Made by a program: the position numbers and the translations under genes
DNA from: Eukaryota sp. GEM-RC1
Taxonomy: Eukaryota
Direction: 5' to 3'
Assembly (NCBI GenBank): GCA_040285855.1
Contig: JAUFOQ010000006.1
Location: 1,612,001 to 1,676,000 of the forward strand
DNA: 64,000 bases
Notes under the pieces: generated by a model
What the model saw: the letters and a program-made list of their open reading frames with translations, nothing else
Told to the model about the DNA's origin: nothing
Databases searched by the model: none
Part shown: positions 35,864 to 49,168 of the stretch, in pieces
Numbering within the stretch: position 1 is the stretch's first letter
Layout of the letters: each line of letters starts with the position of its first letter

Positions 35864-38444
35864 ATGGCTACACTACTGGTCTTCTTCTCACTATTTACTA
35901 TTGTTTTCTGCCGTAGTCATTGGTGTGTAGATGTGCTGCCTAGCCCAGATTCTTCATCTCCTGTTGTTATGCTAATTCCTGAAACAGATTACTATCTCCG
36001 TATCCGTGTATGTACCAATAATCAACCATCACCCCAACTAACTTCTCATCTCCTTGGAGTTGGCTCTTCTCCTCGTGTAACTGTCCAAGATGGTCTACTT
36101 TCACTATCTTCTGACTTTCTAGAACGTTCCACGTCTCTTCTTTCTTCTTCTTGGCTGTTACCCTTCTCTGCTGAATTACCAGGTTATATATCTCTCTACA
36201 TCCATTCCCCTTCTTTTGGTAGTGTCAATTTTGCCCAAGTCGAAGCTTCTTTTACCTATTTGACAATATCTTCTCTTTTTTCAAGAACTTACCAATACCT
36301 ATACGTACTACTTTTTCTTCGATTTCTCTTTCCCTTTCTCCTTTCGATTCTAGCCACACTTCTTTCTCCTCTCTTCGTTCATCTAATTTGAGGAGAATCT
36401 CTTCTGATGCTTATCTTCTAACTTCATCTTCAGCAACACTTGAAAACAGTGTTGTTCATGATTTCACTAGTTTTTTACTTGATTATCCTTCTAGTTGTTC
36501 ATCGGATGACGTCATCATTTCGGCAATGGCTTTTGGCAAGTTTCTGTTTTTGGCAAGTAGTAGTGGTTTTTTTGTTTTTGATGGATCGAATCACATTCTG
36601 ATTACCTCAGATTGTGTGTATGGTTTCCAAATAGTACGGCCCTCGGAATTTCAACAGTTTGAACGTCCTTTTTCCTTCGAGTTGTACTTTATTACTGTCA
36701 ATTTTGACATGTATTTACTTGTTTTTGATTTGGATTCAGATATATCTGAATTCGAACCCGAATTAATCGTCAACAATGATGGTTTGTCGTTACCAGATTT
36801 CATTACTGAAATATTTGGAAATATTCAATTACAATCAATTCTCAAGTCTCTTTCCTTTCAAGATTTCCCCAACGATCTCTTATTTATTATTAAATCTGAC
36901 CAGAAATCTTTTGTTTTGTCTTTTAATGCAATTGATAAGACTTTCAATGTCTTATACACCCTTCCTAATTCCTTTTCTGACCTGGACAATCACAATCTGT
37001 CAGAGTCAGACTTGCCAACTGAGTTTTCATATACATCAGCTTCTGTTTATGGTTCAGATGTACTTGTTTATGGTAATGTGGTTCTGTTTTCAATGGATTT
37101 ATGTCAAACATTTCATGCTTTTCCATTAGCTTTCGGAAATCAATTGATATCACGACTTTTGATTGGTAGTAATTACAACACTGTGATCTTATCTCAGGGT
37201 GGTGGTCTTTTAAAGGAAACCTTCCCTATTTCAACACTTTTGATTTCTTTTTAGATCTCGAACCTCCGTTTAATCAAATTAATCAAGTTGAGCTCTACCT
37301 GGATCACGTGTCTGACCTTCATGTAACTCTAGTTTCCTTAGACGATTCATCACTTGTACTAAATAGGAAGGTGGTCACGTCTACTGAAATGTCGTCACTC
37401 AGCTTGAATTGTGAAGACCAGCTTTTAGTTGATATTTCTTATAGTCGTAATGAATCATTTTTGATGGGAAGAGATCATCCTGAGCTCTATTGGTTGCCGA
37501 GTGAGGTCTATTTGGGGTATGACGAATGCTTTTCCATCAAATTGCAGTTAGCTTCAATTTCTGGAACGTTGGATTTTGACCTTTTTCCAGTGGATCTACA
37601 TGTTAATAATCCACAAAATTTAAAAATTTCTCACAAGAGGAGCCTTGATTATGCTTCAAATTCACTTGTTTCCATTATTGAGGTTTGTGATCGGCAATCA
37701 GAACGAAATCAATCTGGACCGGGAACAAATCTGATCTCTTCTAATCTCCGAGTCTCAATCAAAAATAATGGTTTCCTGTGCAATAGAGCTCAACCTGCCA
37801 TTATTACATCCAAAAGTATTCAAGTTTTTACAGGTTGCCGTCCTCGACAGTCAATGATTATTGACCCTGATTCGTTTTCCAATCAAGAACTACCTGCTGT
37901 TTTTGACTGTGATGACGGTCAATGTGTGCACCACCTTCCTGTTTTTAAAAATCAATATTTATATCACGATGAGCTAATCAATGAACAACGACCATTTCCA
38001 GGTAATATTTCCTTTTCCATCATTGGTGGGGGTCTGTCACGTGATTCAGTTGAATTATGGTCTGATGAATTAATTGAAAAATACAATCATCCGTCACCGC
38101 ACTCACTCTACGTGTTTCTCTCTGATGGGGCTCTGACTTGGTCTTGTCCTCCTGGATCTCCTTGTAACGACGTCTGGCCAGCATCTTTCTCCCACGCTGA
38201 GTATACTGTAAGAGTACTGGCGTCAAGTAGAGAATCTGTTTTTGGTAGTTATTGCCTGTTTGAAACTGAATTTGATTTGGTTTTAGTCGGATTACCTATA
38301 GGAATAGTTTCCAGTATTGGAATTTCTTTAGCAGTTGTGGCGGTGTGTTTTATAGTGTTAGTTATAATGTTTATTCGAAGTGAATTTAAACGAAAACGTC
38401 TGTTAAACAAAAGAGAAGACGAAGTGGACGATTTTGACATTTAA
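35864..38444 (+). CDS. CATSPERG: CatSper auxiliary subunit gamma-like type I membrane protein; two apparent -1 frameshifts (36225-36390 and 37208-37211)
   Basis: Signal peptide, FTGCRP motif and C-terminal WSCPPGSPCNDVWP.SF..EY.VRV..S.R....SYC....F.L.L.GLP, followed by one TM helix and a basic tail. This matches the CATSPERG C-terminal pattern as recalled. Confidence 0.7.
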
Positions 38445-38659
38445 AAATTGAAAAGAAATAATTTACATTTGTATAAATGTAAAATATTTAATAAAATTAA
38501 ATATTTAATAATATAATACAGAGCTAAATACACAATAGACCGAGAAATACATTGTAATGACCATAAACAATTTCATTCAATATTTAAATATTTCCTCTTT
38601 TTGAAAACATTTACTTCTTTCTAATCATATGCTTATAAGACAACATGGAATGATATTCG

Positions 38660-39594
38660 TCACCCAAAAGAACTCTTCTGGGACTTGGAAACATCAGAAG
38701 ATAACTGTTTTAATTTGATTTGATCCTCAAGAATAGACCGATACTGCTGCAGTTTCGATTCATCATCATTTTGATTGATGACGTGTCTGTTGCACTTTCT
38801 TCATGAAACATCTTCTGTAATCGGTTATAACTCCTAGGTGAAGGAGTAATATCAAACTTATTATTATAAAAACCACCCGTAGGACCGTAAGGAGCAGTTG
38901 ATGACGTGATTTGATTAGATGAGAGCTCCTCTTGTTGAATCTTCCCTTGAGTCAAGGAATCCAAATCTTTACGTAGACTATCTTGATCGTGTTTCTTCTT
39001 TTGAAGTCGAATATCAGCTTCGGCGGGAACTGAGAACATATCATTGATTCTACCACGACCCTTGGTGGTTGGAACAGTGAGGGGTTCACGGTATCTACCA
39101 GCAGACTCACTGGGATGGATAGAGCGAGGTGAAGGTTTGTTTGGGAAGAGAAGGTGTGGATTTGAGTGAGAAGTGGGAGTGCAAGGTTCTGGGAACAGTC
39201 GATCTTTGGTAGGCAACTGCAGACCGCTTTTAATAACAACAGGACGGTCTTTAGGTGGAGAAGATGCAGGATTAGGAGGTTTACGGCGTTCTTCAAGAAC
39301 AGAAGTTCGTATAGAATCTAGACGTTCTCTTGACTTAGATCTGTGCATTTGAGGAATATATGCTGCGCTGGTGGGTACTTCTGAGTGTTGTTGTTTAAAA
39401 GTTTTGGATTTGTTCACTTCATCTAGGTGTGTCTTGTGAAGATGCAGTTTGTCTTCACGGGAAAGGTGTTCTTTCTTTTTATGAGATGGAAGTACGAGAT
39501 AATTTTTGACCTCGCCAAAATTGGGAGGATAGCTGGACTGCCACTCGTGGACAACTTGTTGAGTTTTAGGACCAGGAGAAGACCCCAGTACCAT
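38660..39594 (-). CDS. Pro/Ser-rich, largely disordered protein; probable -1 frameshift near 38770-38810
   Basis: 294-aa ORF. The alternate frame continues as SKLQQYRSILEDQIKLKQ. Confidence 0.65.
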
Positions 39595-39717
39595 GAAGAA
39601 GAGGATGGTTGATTCAAGTTAGTTAATTCAAAATTGGATTGTCAAGGCCAATCTTTGGCATTCATTTGGTTGATCTACAGTAAATCCACCCGTTGTTATT
39701 CGTTAATAGTAGTATCC

Positions 39718-39778
39718 GTTAGTTATTAATTTCTCCAAATGCATTTATTTCACTGATTGATCATAAACCCGTTTTTTT
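39718..39778 (+). mobile_element. Extremely 5'-truncated retroelement 3' end (~60 bp)
   Basis: Matches the 3' UTR at 17372-17431 and 62836-62897 and ends in T7. Confidence 0.65.
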
Positions 39779-40107
39779 GAAAACAAACTACAATAGTAGC
39801 GAATGAACGACCCAATTCCGAACATTGTTGCGAACAAACAAATTGATATTGTTTAATCAATTGATACCAAACAATCTAAAAGAATGATTCAGTGTACGAT
39901 AATAGAACAATGTCAGACATTTGTGAGACTGTACTTTAAAAGTTCAAAACTAACACAGTCAAGAATATTTACTATAATTAACCAAGATAATGTACATCCA
40001 AAAGCCGAAATGTTCAATAGATGTTTTCCTGGGTCGAAATTTGTTATGACAAAAATCGGGAAAAACTATTTTTCCAAAAGTCTCAACCAATACCTAAATG
40101 ACTCAAC

Positions 40108-41877
40108 ATGGGCAGCTGCATATCTCAAGCATCTAAACCATCATCTTTAGTTATCATCAATCCTCGTATGGTTTCTCTCTGACTAATTGAAGATGCACAG
40201 GCTTTCTTTGAAGACTATCGTACAGCACTCCTCAATCTCTCAGGTAGCGCAAATGCAGACCTTCTTGTAGTCAAAGATCAACTTTCTGACGTTCCTTTAT
40301 CAGCTTCATCCTTCGCAATCGTCTTATCAGGAACACCGCTATCCTTCATGACTGCATCTGCCCTCTTTGATTGTTTAAAGCACTCACATCATGTCACATC
40401 TCTATATCTCCAAACCTGTAATCTCTCCTCGGATGGCGGCATGCTAGACATCTTATCTCATTCAATCTCTGCCAATTCTTCTCTCAAGCATCTTGATCTA
40501 TCAGACAACCACCTCTCAACTCATCACATCCAACAACTATCCTCAGTCTTAACTGTCAACAGATCTCTCACTCACTTAGACCTCTCCTTTAACCCCATTG
40601 GTCCCACGGGTTTCCAATACCTCGTCAAATCACTACAACCCAACACTTCCCTACGTTCTCTTTCTCTAAACCGCTGTGACTTGTCCCCTTCATCAGTTGG
40701 TAACATGTCTGCTTTAATTAAGTCAAACAAGAATCTGATTGACTTTTCTTTTAAGGAGAACTTGCTTGATAAGAAGTGTATTGATGTTATTCTACAGGTT
40801 CTCACCGGTAATACTTCAATAATGTCTTTTAATTTAGAAGGTAATGATCTCTCCTCGTCATCATCTCAACGCTTAAACAAGATGATTGACCGTAATAGAG
40901 TCGTGCGTGATGCAATCGATCACGTCATCACTCAAACACTTTCCCTAATCGAAACTCTATCAGACCAAAAAGATCTCGAATCATTTGCCCCTATTCAGTT
41001 ATCCCAATCAAAGAATTGGCATGGTCTATCCCCATTACAAACAGTAACTCCTTCTAAAATCGAACCTCTCCCCTCCGCTCCTCTTACTGACTCTCCACAA
41101 CCAAACTCTCTCCCTTCCTGGCTCCAGTACAAGCCTATAGAAGGGCAGAGGATATCCCTCGGACATTCAGAGACCATTGGAAGGAGGCATGAGATGGAGG
41201 ATGCTGTTAGTTTGTTACCAGAACTGGGAGGATATCCAGATGCTTCCTTTATTGGAGTTTTTGATGGTCACGGGGGTCCTCTGGCTTCAGAGTTTGCTGC
41301 ATCGAGGTTTCCCGAGGTTCTGTTAGAGTTTTTGAGTACTCAACGACCGGTTGAAGCTTTGAAATCCACTTTTACAAAAGTTAATTCTGAGATCACTGCA
41401 CATAGAATTCAGGATGGTACTACAGCGCTAGTTTGTTTAGTTATTGGGAATAGAAGATTTGTAGCAAATGCAGGAGATTCAAGGGGCGTGTTGGCTCGTA
41501 ATTCAAAAGCGATTCGACTGTCAGTTGATCATAAACCTTCCGTTCCTGAAGAGGAAGAAAGGATCAAGAGTCTTGGTGGGTTTGTTGAAGATGATCGAAT
41601 CTTTGGAAGTCTCGGTGTATCACGTGCTCTTGGTGACGTGTTTCTACAGCCTTTTGTTTCGTGTAAACCTTACATATCAGTTACTGAAATTACCAGAAAT
41701 GATGGCTTTTTGATTCTGGCTTGCGATGGGCTTTGGGACGTGTGTTCAGACGATGAAGCGGTAAAGTTGATATCTTCTGAGGTAGATGTGGATCATGCTG
41801 CGGTTAGACTACGGGACTTTGCTTATAAGAATGGGAGTACGGATAATATTAGTGTAGTGGTGGTGAAGTTTTTTTAG
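40108..41877 (+). CDS. LRR plus PP2C phosphatase with N-terminal acylation motif MGSCIS; 27-nt intron 40166-40192
   Basis: Intron GTATGG...CTAATTGAAG contains an in-frame TGA. RI-type LRRs are followed by PP2C motifs MEDA, VFDGHGG, NAGDSR, DHKP, ACDGLWD and DNIS. Confidence 0.92.
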
Positions 41878-42050
41878 AGTGAGTTTCATATTTTAGTTTT
41901 TCATTGTATATATATTTTTTGAATTACTTTGTACAATACAGTTTGGTCGTTTTTGATCTTTGTTTTGAAATATTGGTCTTGGGCTGGAACTGTTGATCAA
42001 GTTTGTTTTTTGAGAAAAAACAAAGATCTACTGTATATATTTCTAAACTA

Positions 42051-42243
42051 GACTGGTCACAACAATTAGTCTCAGTGAGACTAATTCATAACCTAGTTTC
42101 AAAATGGTCTATTCATAAATAAGTCTCACTGAGACTAATTTTCATCTAGCGAAATTTGCCTCTAAAATGTCGAAAAGGACGCAATACATAAATTAGTCTC
42201 AGTGAGACTAATTTTGAACTGAGACTAAATATTGTGACCAGTG
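42051..42243. mobile_element. Tc1/mariner-type MITE, 193 bp
   Basis: TIR (G/C)ACTGGTCACAA..A.TTAGTCTCAGT with TA on both sides. The internal palindrome AGTCTCA(G/C)TGAGACT occurs three times. Confidence 0.8.
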
Positions 42244-42696
42244 TAGACTTTACATTGTTTCACTGTGTTTTGGTCTTTGAGATGCTTCTGTCTCTCATAC
42301 GATTGTTATAGTGGAATGTACTCCACTTGAACACTTTTGCTTTATGTATACTTCCGATCTTGTAATCTGGAGGACATACTGGTAGTAAGTTATCTTTGGA
42401 AATAATGATTTGTTTGTGTAATTGAACTAAAAATGTTCGCAAAAGTCTGTTGTACGCTTTCAATAAGAACACCCCCTCAAATGGTGAGTTACTTGACCTT
42501 GATGTACTAAAAAGTTTATCTCTTCAACAATGGGGCAAAACAAAGAACTTTTCAAAAAACAATGAAAATACAAGAATTTTAAATTAAATTACAACCGAAA
42601 CACACGTATTCAAAGCGATTATCTAACAAGATCTCTCCAAGAAACGTCAACATCCAAAAACCAATCAATAATCATCAATCAATAATCATCAATCAA

Positions 42697-44021
42697 TTAC
42701 TCTGAATCCTCCATCCCTATATAACAAATACTAAACTTCTCTCTATCAGACAACAACAACTGATTCCCTTGCTTATTAAAAGTAACAAACGTCGGCAGAA
42801 TATCAGCTAAAGGAATATTAACACATGCTGCCCCTTCTAAATCCCACGAATATAGAGTATTAGTACCAGTAACTATAAACAACTTCGACTCGACAGGAGA
42901 CCAACAAAAGCTCTTCACTGAGCTCTTAAATGATAGTAAAGAAACCAAACTCAATCCAGTTAATCCCCAAATCCATATAGAATTAGTCATGTTGTCATTC
43001 CTGGTAGCCACAAGTTTCTCATCACTACTGAACTTTACTATCCCGACTCCAATCCTTGGATTATGCTTGGAAGGGTCAGGTGGAGTGGAAAGAACTTTGA
43101 AAGGAATTGGTGAAATTTTAAAAAATGAACGTTCAACTGAAGACACGTGTGCTCCATGATCAACAGTGTCGTCTGGAATTCCAAAGAATTCTTCATAAAC
43201 TGTCACGTTTGCTGACGTGACTGGAGAGATATGAACCAATGACGTCACCGGTTTCCAATTAAGAGAGTTTAACAGCACCAATCGCTCATTGTAACCCCCA
43301 ATAGCAAGAAAAGAGCTACACAGCTCAACTCTTTTGATCCCCAACCCTGGCTCTTGATTCTTAACCCTAGAAATGTGTTTCCCAGTCAATGACATCACCT
43401 TCAGGTCAAAATAGAGCTCAGATTCCCAATAGACAACACAAGACCCATCAGAAGACAGAATAACACCGGCACAATCAACGGTGTCTAATTGTTTTCAAAG
43501 GACAGATCCCATGAAGGAATAGAGTATATTGAGAGGATGTCCTTACAGTTTTCCCTGCGCAGGACTGCTAGTAGAGTTCCGTCTTTACTAAATGAATACC
43601 CTTTCTCGTCTGAAAACTTGGGATATGAAATGTACCTGCCACTACGATCTTTGAGACTCCAGACAGTGTAGCGTAGTTGGAAATCAGCAACAGTGACAAC
43701 GTGACGAGAATCAGGACTCCAGAAGGCGTTGACAATGGAGGCTATGGGGTCGTGGATACGGCATTTGAAGTTGAGATCGGTGATGAGGAAGACATGTACA
43801 AGAGAACGTTTAAAACATCCACAGAGGACGAGTTTCGAATCATATGACCATTCGATTTTTTGTATAGCATCTTGGCAAGCAAATGTGTTGACAATTTCGA
43901 GGTTGTCCACTTTTCTGACAATAAGACGGTGTCGTTGGACAGAGGCTATAAACTGATCATTTGGGGAAAAGAGAGAAAGTCTGGAGTGTTGATAGACATC
44001 ACTGAAGTCGAGGGTGCTCAT
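42697..44021 (-). CDS. WRAP73: WD-repeat protein WRAP73/WDR8; one apparent -1 frameshift at 43492-43495
   Basis: Motifs DFSDVYQ, WSPDSRH...ADFQLR.TVWSL, YPK, KHNPRIGVG and ATRNDNM. Confidence 0.9.
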
Positions 44022-44067
44022 TTTGGGTACTGAAAGATTTTACTTCATCTCTTTGTAAGTCATACAA

Positions 44068-45754
44068 ATGACTGTCCAAACAGACACTATGAGAAATCGT
44101 CTCCGGGAGACTATCTCAACATCTCTGCAATCTTCTGCTCCATCAACATCAGTTCTAGAAATTGCTCAGTTTTTCGAAAGAGAAACTGCTCATCTCGAAG
44201 AGCAAGTCAGTGTTCTCACCTCTCACATAAGTCAACTAACAGACGAAAACACCAAACTTAAAGACCAACTATCTTCTTCATCCACTCCTTCTTTCTGGTC
44301 ACATCTTCCTTCCTCAGACCTTGCTTCTCTTGCCAACCATCTTGAGAAGTCTCTAATGTCATTAGATGAAGATATGTCTGCTTACTTTTCCAACAAGAAA
44401 CCAGTTAGTCCGCGTAAATCTGATGAAGCTCATGGATCTTCTTTAACAAAAGAGTGGAGTCGCTGATTGATAAGAAAATGACTAAGCTGGAAAAGTTTAT
44501 ATTCTACTTGAAGCAACGACTCGAATCATATGAAACTGAGAGTCAGTCAGCCATGATTATCAAAGAATTTGGTTCGATTGATAACTTATTGGAAAATTTC
44601 AATAATTTAAAAAAAGAAAATGAAATTTTCCGTGAACGTGAAATGTTCTACAATTCTAAAATTCTACTTCAACGACAGCTGGATCCGTCAATTTCTTCTT
44701 CTAAACTTATACTTTTAGTTTCTCTTCTTCAGAATGAATTGGCTTATTATTATGAAGTTAATCAGAAATTAATTAATCGATTTAACGAAATTAATTCTTT
44801 TGACAATCTGTCTATAATTGCTGATTCTGTTCGTGATGCTTATGCTCCAAAAGATTTAAATTCTTGGGTTGAGAACGTTGCGTTTGCGGTGAGCTCTACC
44901 ACGATTGAAACTACTCATCCTATTACTCCACATTCGAATTCTTCGGAATTCAATGGACTTCTGACTCAGTACACGTCAGCATTAGAGCGGATCAAATCAC
45001 TGGAACAATCACTCAATTCTAATCATGAGCTTGTTGAGCTTCTCAATCAAAAGACTTGCTTGAATCGAGTCGAATCACTCAAAGCCCAGGTAACTACTCT
45101 GATTTCCCAGAACTCTGATATTCAGCGACAACTTTCAGAGAAAGACCTTGCTATAAACGATTTACGAAGGTTGTGTAATGAATTGTCTAAGGAAAAAGCT
45201 GAGTTTCTGGGATATTTCCAACAAAAGTCCCTTGAAATAGCTGAATTGAAGAAACTTTTGCAAGTGATATCACAGAAATCAATCAAAGTCGACAATCAGT
45301 ACAAATCACTCTTGTCCGTAATGATTTCTCTGTTGCAATCAATCTCAAATAGGGCTCGTTCTACGACTAATTTAGATTCTGATACTTTAAATCATATTTT
45401 AACACTCATCTCTCAAGATTTTCCCTCAGTTTTACCGTTTTTAAAGGAATTAATCCGTATTGATGATTCAGCAGACTTTAATTCTCAATTCCAATCATTT
45501 TTGAATAGTTGCAAAATAGAAATCTGTTCAAATCTGAAATCCTCTTTATCAGCTGAACTTCATTCTTTTCAACTGAGTTTTCTCATGCTATTTCACAAGT
45601 TTTGAAAACTGTTGATGACGTAGTTAAGAAACCCAAGACTAGCAGGTATGTTCAAGTTAAACAGGAAACAACTATGGTGGAGAGATTTGTTCAGTTTGAA
45701 GAAGAAGAACCCCAAACTCCAAGTTCAAAAGCTCAAAAAACTCGAAAAAAGTGA
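44068..45754 (+). CDS. Coiled-coil protein, function unknown; two apparent -1 frameshifts (44448-44451, 45566-45569)
   Basis: Overlapping ORFs join as LTKRVESLID and HSFSTEFSHAISQVLK, giving a stop at 45752-45754. Confidence 0.7.
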
Positions 45755-45867
45755 GAATTTTATTTAAATTTAATATTTTGTACAATAAATCTGTCATTTC
45801 GTTGAAAAATGCCTTTTGATCATAGAATTATCAACATTCACCTCCAACAATTACTAAAACAAACAAA

Positions 45868-47016
45868 CTACCTCGACTTTTTAATACAAATATCATTTAA
45901 AAAAGAACTTCCATGACCACTCCTTCGTTTAGACTGAGTCTTATTCACCAGAGCTTCATCTCTTGGCATTTCCCCAGCAGCCATATTACTCTTCCTTCTG
46001 TCGTCAAAAGGAGGTGGGGAGATCACTCCTGATCCCCTAACTCCCAAGGGAGAAAAGGGAAGGGAGGAAGTCCTAATGGAGTTGGAGATGGTTTTAGGAG
46101 GAGGGAGTTCAGTAGAGAAGGCGTCGAAGTCCAGGGTTTCTAAAGCGAGACAGTGGTAGGATTCGTAAACGGAGAGGTAGTTTGACTGGAGGTCGTTGTA
46201 GTTTGAAGCTAGATTGTTGTAGTGATTAGCTGTAGAGTGGTAGAGCTCATCGAGGTCTTCAATGTGAGTGTTGTAGTCGTTGATTTGAGCTTGGAGGGCT
46301 GAGCATGAGACAGTGAGTCTGTTGAGGAGAGGTGTTGACGTGATAGCGAGGGTTTGAAGGGATTGCTCTAGAAGGAGAAAGACATGTGATATGTAGCTTG
46401 TAGGAAGAGTGGAATGGAAAAGACAGAGATTGACATAAAAAGGATTCAAATGACCAAAGTGAGGGATTGGACTCAAACAACACTGTGACTGGACATGAGA
46501 AGGAAGAATAGAATGGACAGTAGAGGGAACAGAAGACCCAGGAGGAGAGGAGAGGATTATCAGAGAGTCTGAAACGAATAGAACAAGAGATCCTTCTTCG
46601 AAGCAATGGGAATTGAAGAAGAGAGCACATTTGGAGTAGTCGTGGAAGGTAATGGTCTGGGCTTCAAGAGGGTTAGTAATGGACTTTAGGGAGCCGAGAT
46701 CTTTGTAAGAACCTGAGGCTAAGAGTTCCAGACCTTGAACTTTGAGTGAAGAAGATGCAGAATCGAAAAGATCTGAGACAAAGTCGAGAAGACAACAGTC
46801 AGGAGAACTGCCAATTAGTGAGAGAAAAAGAGGGACTGAAGAGGTGTCAGTATTCGATATTTTACACTGTTGCAGGGATTGTAACGATGGTGGTGTAGGA
46901 AAAACTTCAGAAAAAAAGATAGTTTTTCTACAATAGGAGACTAAATTATCGGATGTGCATTGTACAAGATTCTGTATGGATGGGTGTATATAGGAAAGAA
47001 ACACCGGGAGAAACAT
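45868..47016 (-). CDS. Hypothetical protein with C-terminal coiled coil
   Basis: 382-aa ORF with coding-type composition. Confidence 0.7.
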   Translation of the reverse strand: MFLPVFLSYIHPSIQNLVQCTSDNLVSYCRKTIFFSEVFPTPPSLQSLQQCKISNTDTSSVPLFLSLIGSSPDCCLLDFVSDLFDSASSSLKVQGLELLASGSYKDLGSLKSITNPLEAQTITFHDYSKCALFFNSHCFEEGSLVLFVSDSLIILSSPPGSSVPSTVHSILPSHVQSQCCLSPIPHFGHLNPFYVNLCLFHSTLPTSYISHVFLLLEQSLQTLAITSTPLLNRLTVSCSALQAQINDYNTHIEDLDELYHSTANHYNNLASNYNDLQSNYLSVYESYHCLALETLDFDAFSTELPPPKTISNSIRTSSLPFSPLGVRGSGVISPPPFDDRRKSNMAAGEMPRDEALVNKTQSKRRSGHGSSFLNDICIKKSR

Positions 47017-47057
47017 CACTCCAGGTGTTGATATTGAAGGAGAAATTGGTCAACCAA

Positions 47058-47375
47058 ATGTCCCAAGCTCGAAACCCTACACCCTTCTTACAGGCTCTTA
47101 TTGGGAAACTTATACTGGTCAAACTCAAATGGGGTCTTGAATATAAGGGCTATTTACTGTCAACTGACAGGTACATGAACTTACAAGTATGCCTTCCTAC
47201 ATTATCTTAACCTTAGTTGGCTAATACGGAAGAGCTTGTAGATGGGCACTTTCAGGGTAATATCGGTGAAGTTCTTATTCGTTGCAATAATGTTTTGTAT
47301 ATCAGGGGTCTGGAAGAAGAGGAAGAAGGAGAAGCTGAGGAACCTGAGAGGCCGATCGAAACCATGGAGTCTTGA
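47058..47375 (+). CDS. SNRPF: Small nuclear ribonucleoprotein F (SmF); 30-nt intron 47187-47216
   Basis: NPTPFL...[29 protein letters not shown]...[13 protein letters not shown]. Intron reads GTATGC...TTAACCTTAG. Confidence 0.96.
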
Positions 47376-48244
47376 TATCTGCTGTTCTTTGTACATCATC
47401 TACTCTTTGACGAGTCCCTGTCTTTCTCCTATATTATTTAGTACCTTAATAACTTCTACTGTATGATTACATCTCAGCATACCTCATCTCAAAGGAAGTT
47501 GTTCTTTTGTTGATTAAACAATGTCATTTTCTTTATATTTCGTTTTTAACAAAAGTGTTTGAAACCACATCGACTGATGGGTCAGTTTATTGATTTTAAA
47601 AGCTTCTGTCTTGTAAGAGTGCGGTAAACGTCCCGAACAATTTGTGCAACGATGTATACAAGGAGGGATTGTTGATTTTTGTAGAAGGGTTGTCGTTTCC
47701 CCTTTTCAAAGCATTGTTTAGGTATTGTGATTTGACTTTGAACCATCTCTTTGCATTGAGACATGAATGTGAGATGATATAGAGGTATTGGAATCTCATT
47801 TGTTAATATTGATGATAGTTTCTATTTGTATGAGTAAATAAAGGGTGTTTTTTTAAGAATGTCAGCTGCACTTATCAACTGGTGGACGTCATGGTGGATT
47901 TGTTGTCTTTGTAACCAAACCACTGGAAAAGATGAATATCATCTGGCAATTAACTTTTTTGAACGATACTGAGTTGTCCTTTCGGGTCAAGGTCTTAGTA
48001 TCCAAAATGCAAAGGGTTAGCATTAGTATTACATTGTAACAAGATCAACTAGATTTTGGTTTGATGTCAGGTTAAGGGAATCAAATGAATTGACCTGACC
48101 TGTGACCTTTACCAGCCCTAATTACTAGCGTTTAAGAATACTCCTAGCCTGTCCATATACTAGACTGGCAGTATATCAACGTACAGTATTATTGTAGAAA
48201 ATCAACAGTATTCAGTACCCAAAAAGAAAGCTCCCTGTGAAAAT

Positions 48245-49168
48245 TAGTAATGTTAATTAGTTCAGTTCAGTTCAGCCGTGAACTAGTTCAGTTCAGTTCA
48301 TGAACTAGTTCAGTTCACACCTCCATGAACTGAACTGAACTGAATGAACTTACATCATATTATATTCTTTATTACTACATAAATGTACTGTTCCACCACA
48401 TATAAGGAACGTATGATGAAGTATCCCAATAGTGTTATGAAATGGTCAACTAAAAGCCTTGTAAGAACGCAAGTGTTTAAAGATCAAATTTACCTTTTTC
48501 TTAGGTAAATTTATCTTTCTTAATGGTAAATTTACAGCAAAGAATCGAAAGCGGAAGAAGAAGGTCGTCGAAAGCAAGTGTTTGCGGAGTTTAACAAGTA
48601 TATCACAGAAGCAACTTGTGACGTTTCATCCAGTTCTTTACACTATTGGACCTTAAATTACAACGCCTACCCTAGATTGTTAACACTCATTTGGAGAGAG
48701 GAAACAATTCAAGCAAGTAGTGTTGCGTCTGAGCGTTTGTTTTCACTTGCAGGACTGATTGAATGTAAAGAAAGACCCCGGTTAAGTGATGATTCAGTTC
48801 AGCTTGCACTCGTGGTTAATTACTGATGTCTAATGTTAGTGTAATGGCGTAATAGCCTCATTTGTATCATTTATAAATTCACTTATCTCCACATCATGGT
48901 ACCTAAGACCAACACTAATTAGAATATGATTTTCAAAAAGTTTTACTAAATTTTGCAGCTATTGAGTACTACATGTACTTGTTGATGACCTGTTGATTTG
49001 ATCTTGGAACATTATTGTGGAAACAATAGTGTATGTGCTTCAGTTCATATAGTTCAGTTCAGTTCATGAACTAGTTCAGTTCAGTTCATGGTAGTCAGTG
49101 AACTAGTTCAGTTCAGTTCACACTTTTTTGAACTGAACTGAACTGAACTGAACTATTTAACATTCCCA
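48245..49168 (+). mobile_element. Internally deleted hAT transposon retaining the transposase dimerisation domain
   Basis: TIR T(A/G)G(T/G)AATGTTAA.TAGTTCAG, 8-bp TSD GTGAAAAT (48237-48244 and 49169-49176), (GTTCA)n subterminal arrays, and ORF 48578-48826 with YW...YPRL...IQASSVASERLFS. Confidence 0.95.

Noticed and set aside
36239..36285. 47-nt GT-AG segment that would repair the first CatSper-like frameshift
   Set aside because: Poor donor (GTCGAA), no branch-point A at -7, and longer than the supported introns.
48255..49155. CRISPR-like or telomere-like short repeat arrays of (GTTCA)n
   Set aside because: No unique spacers of constant length. The arrays are subterminal repeats of a TSD-flanked hAT element in a eukaryotic genome.
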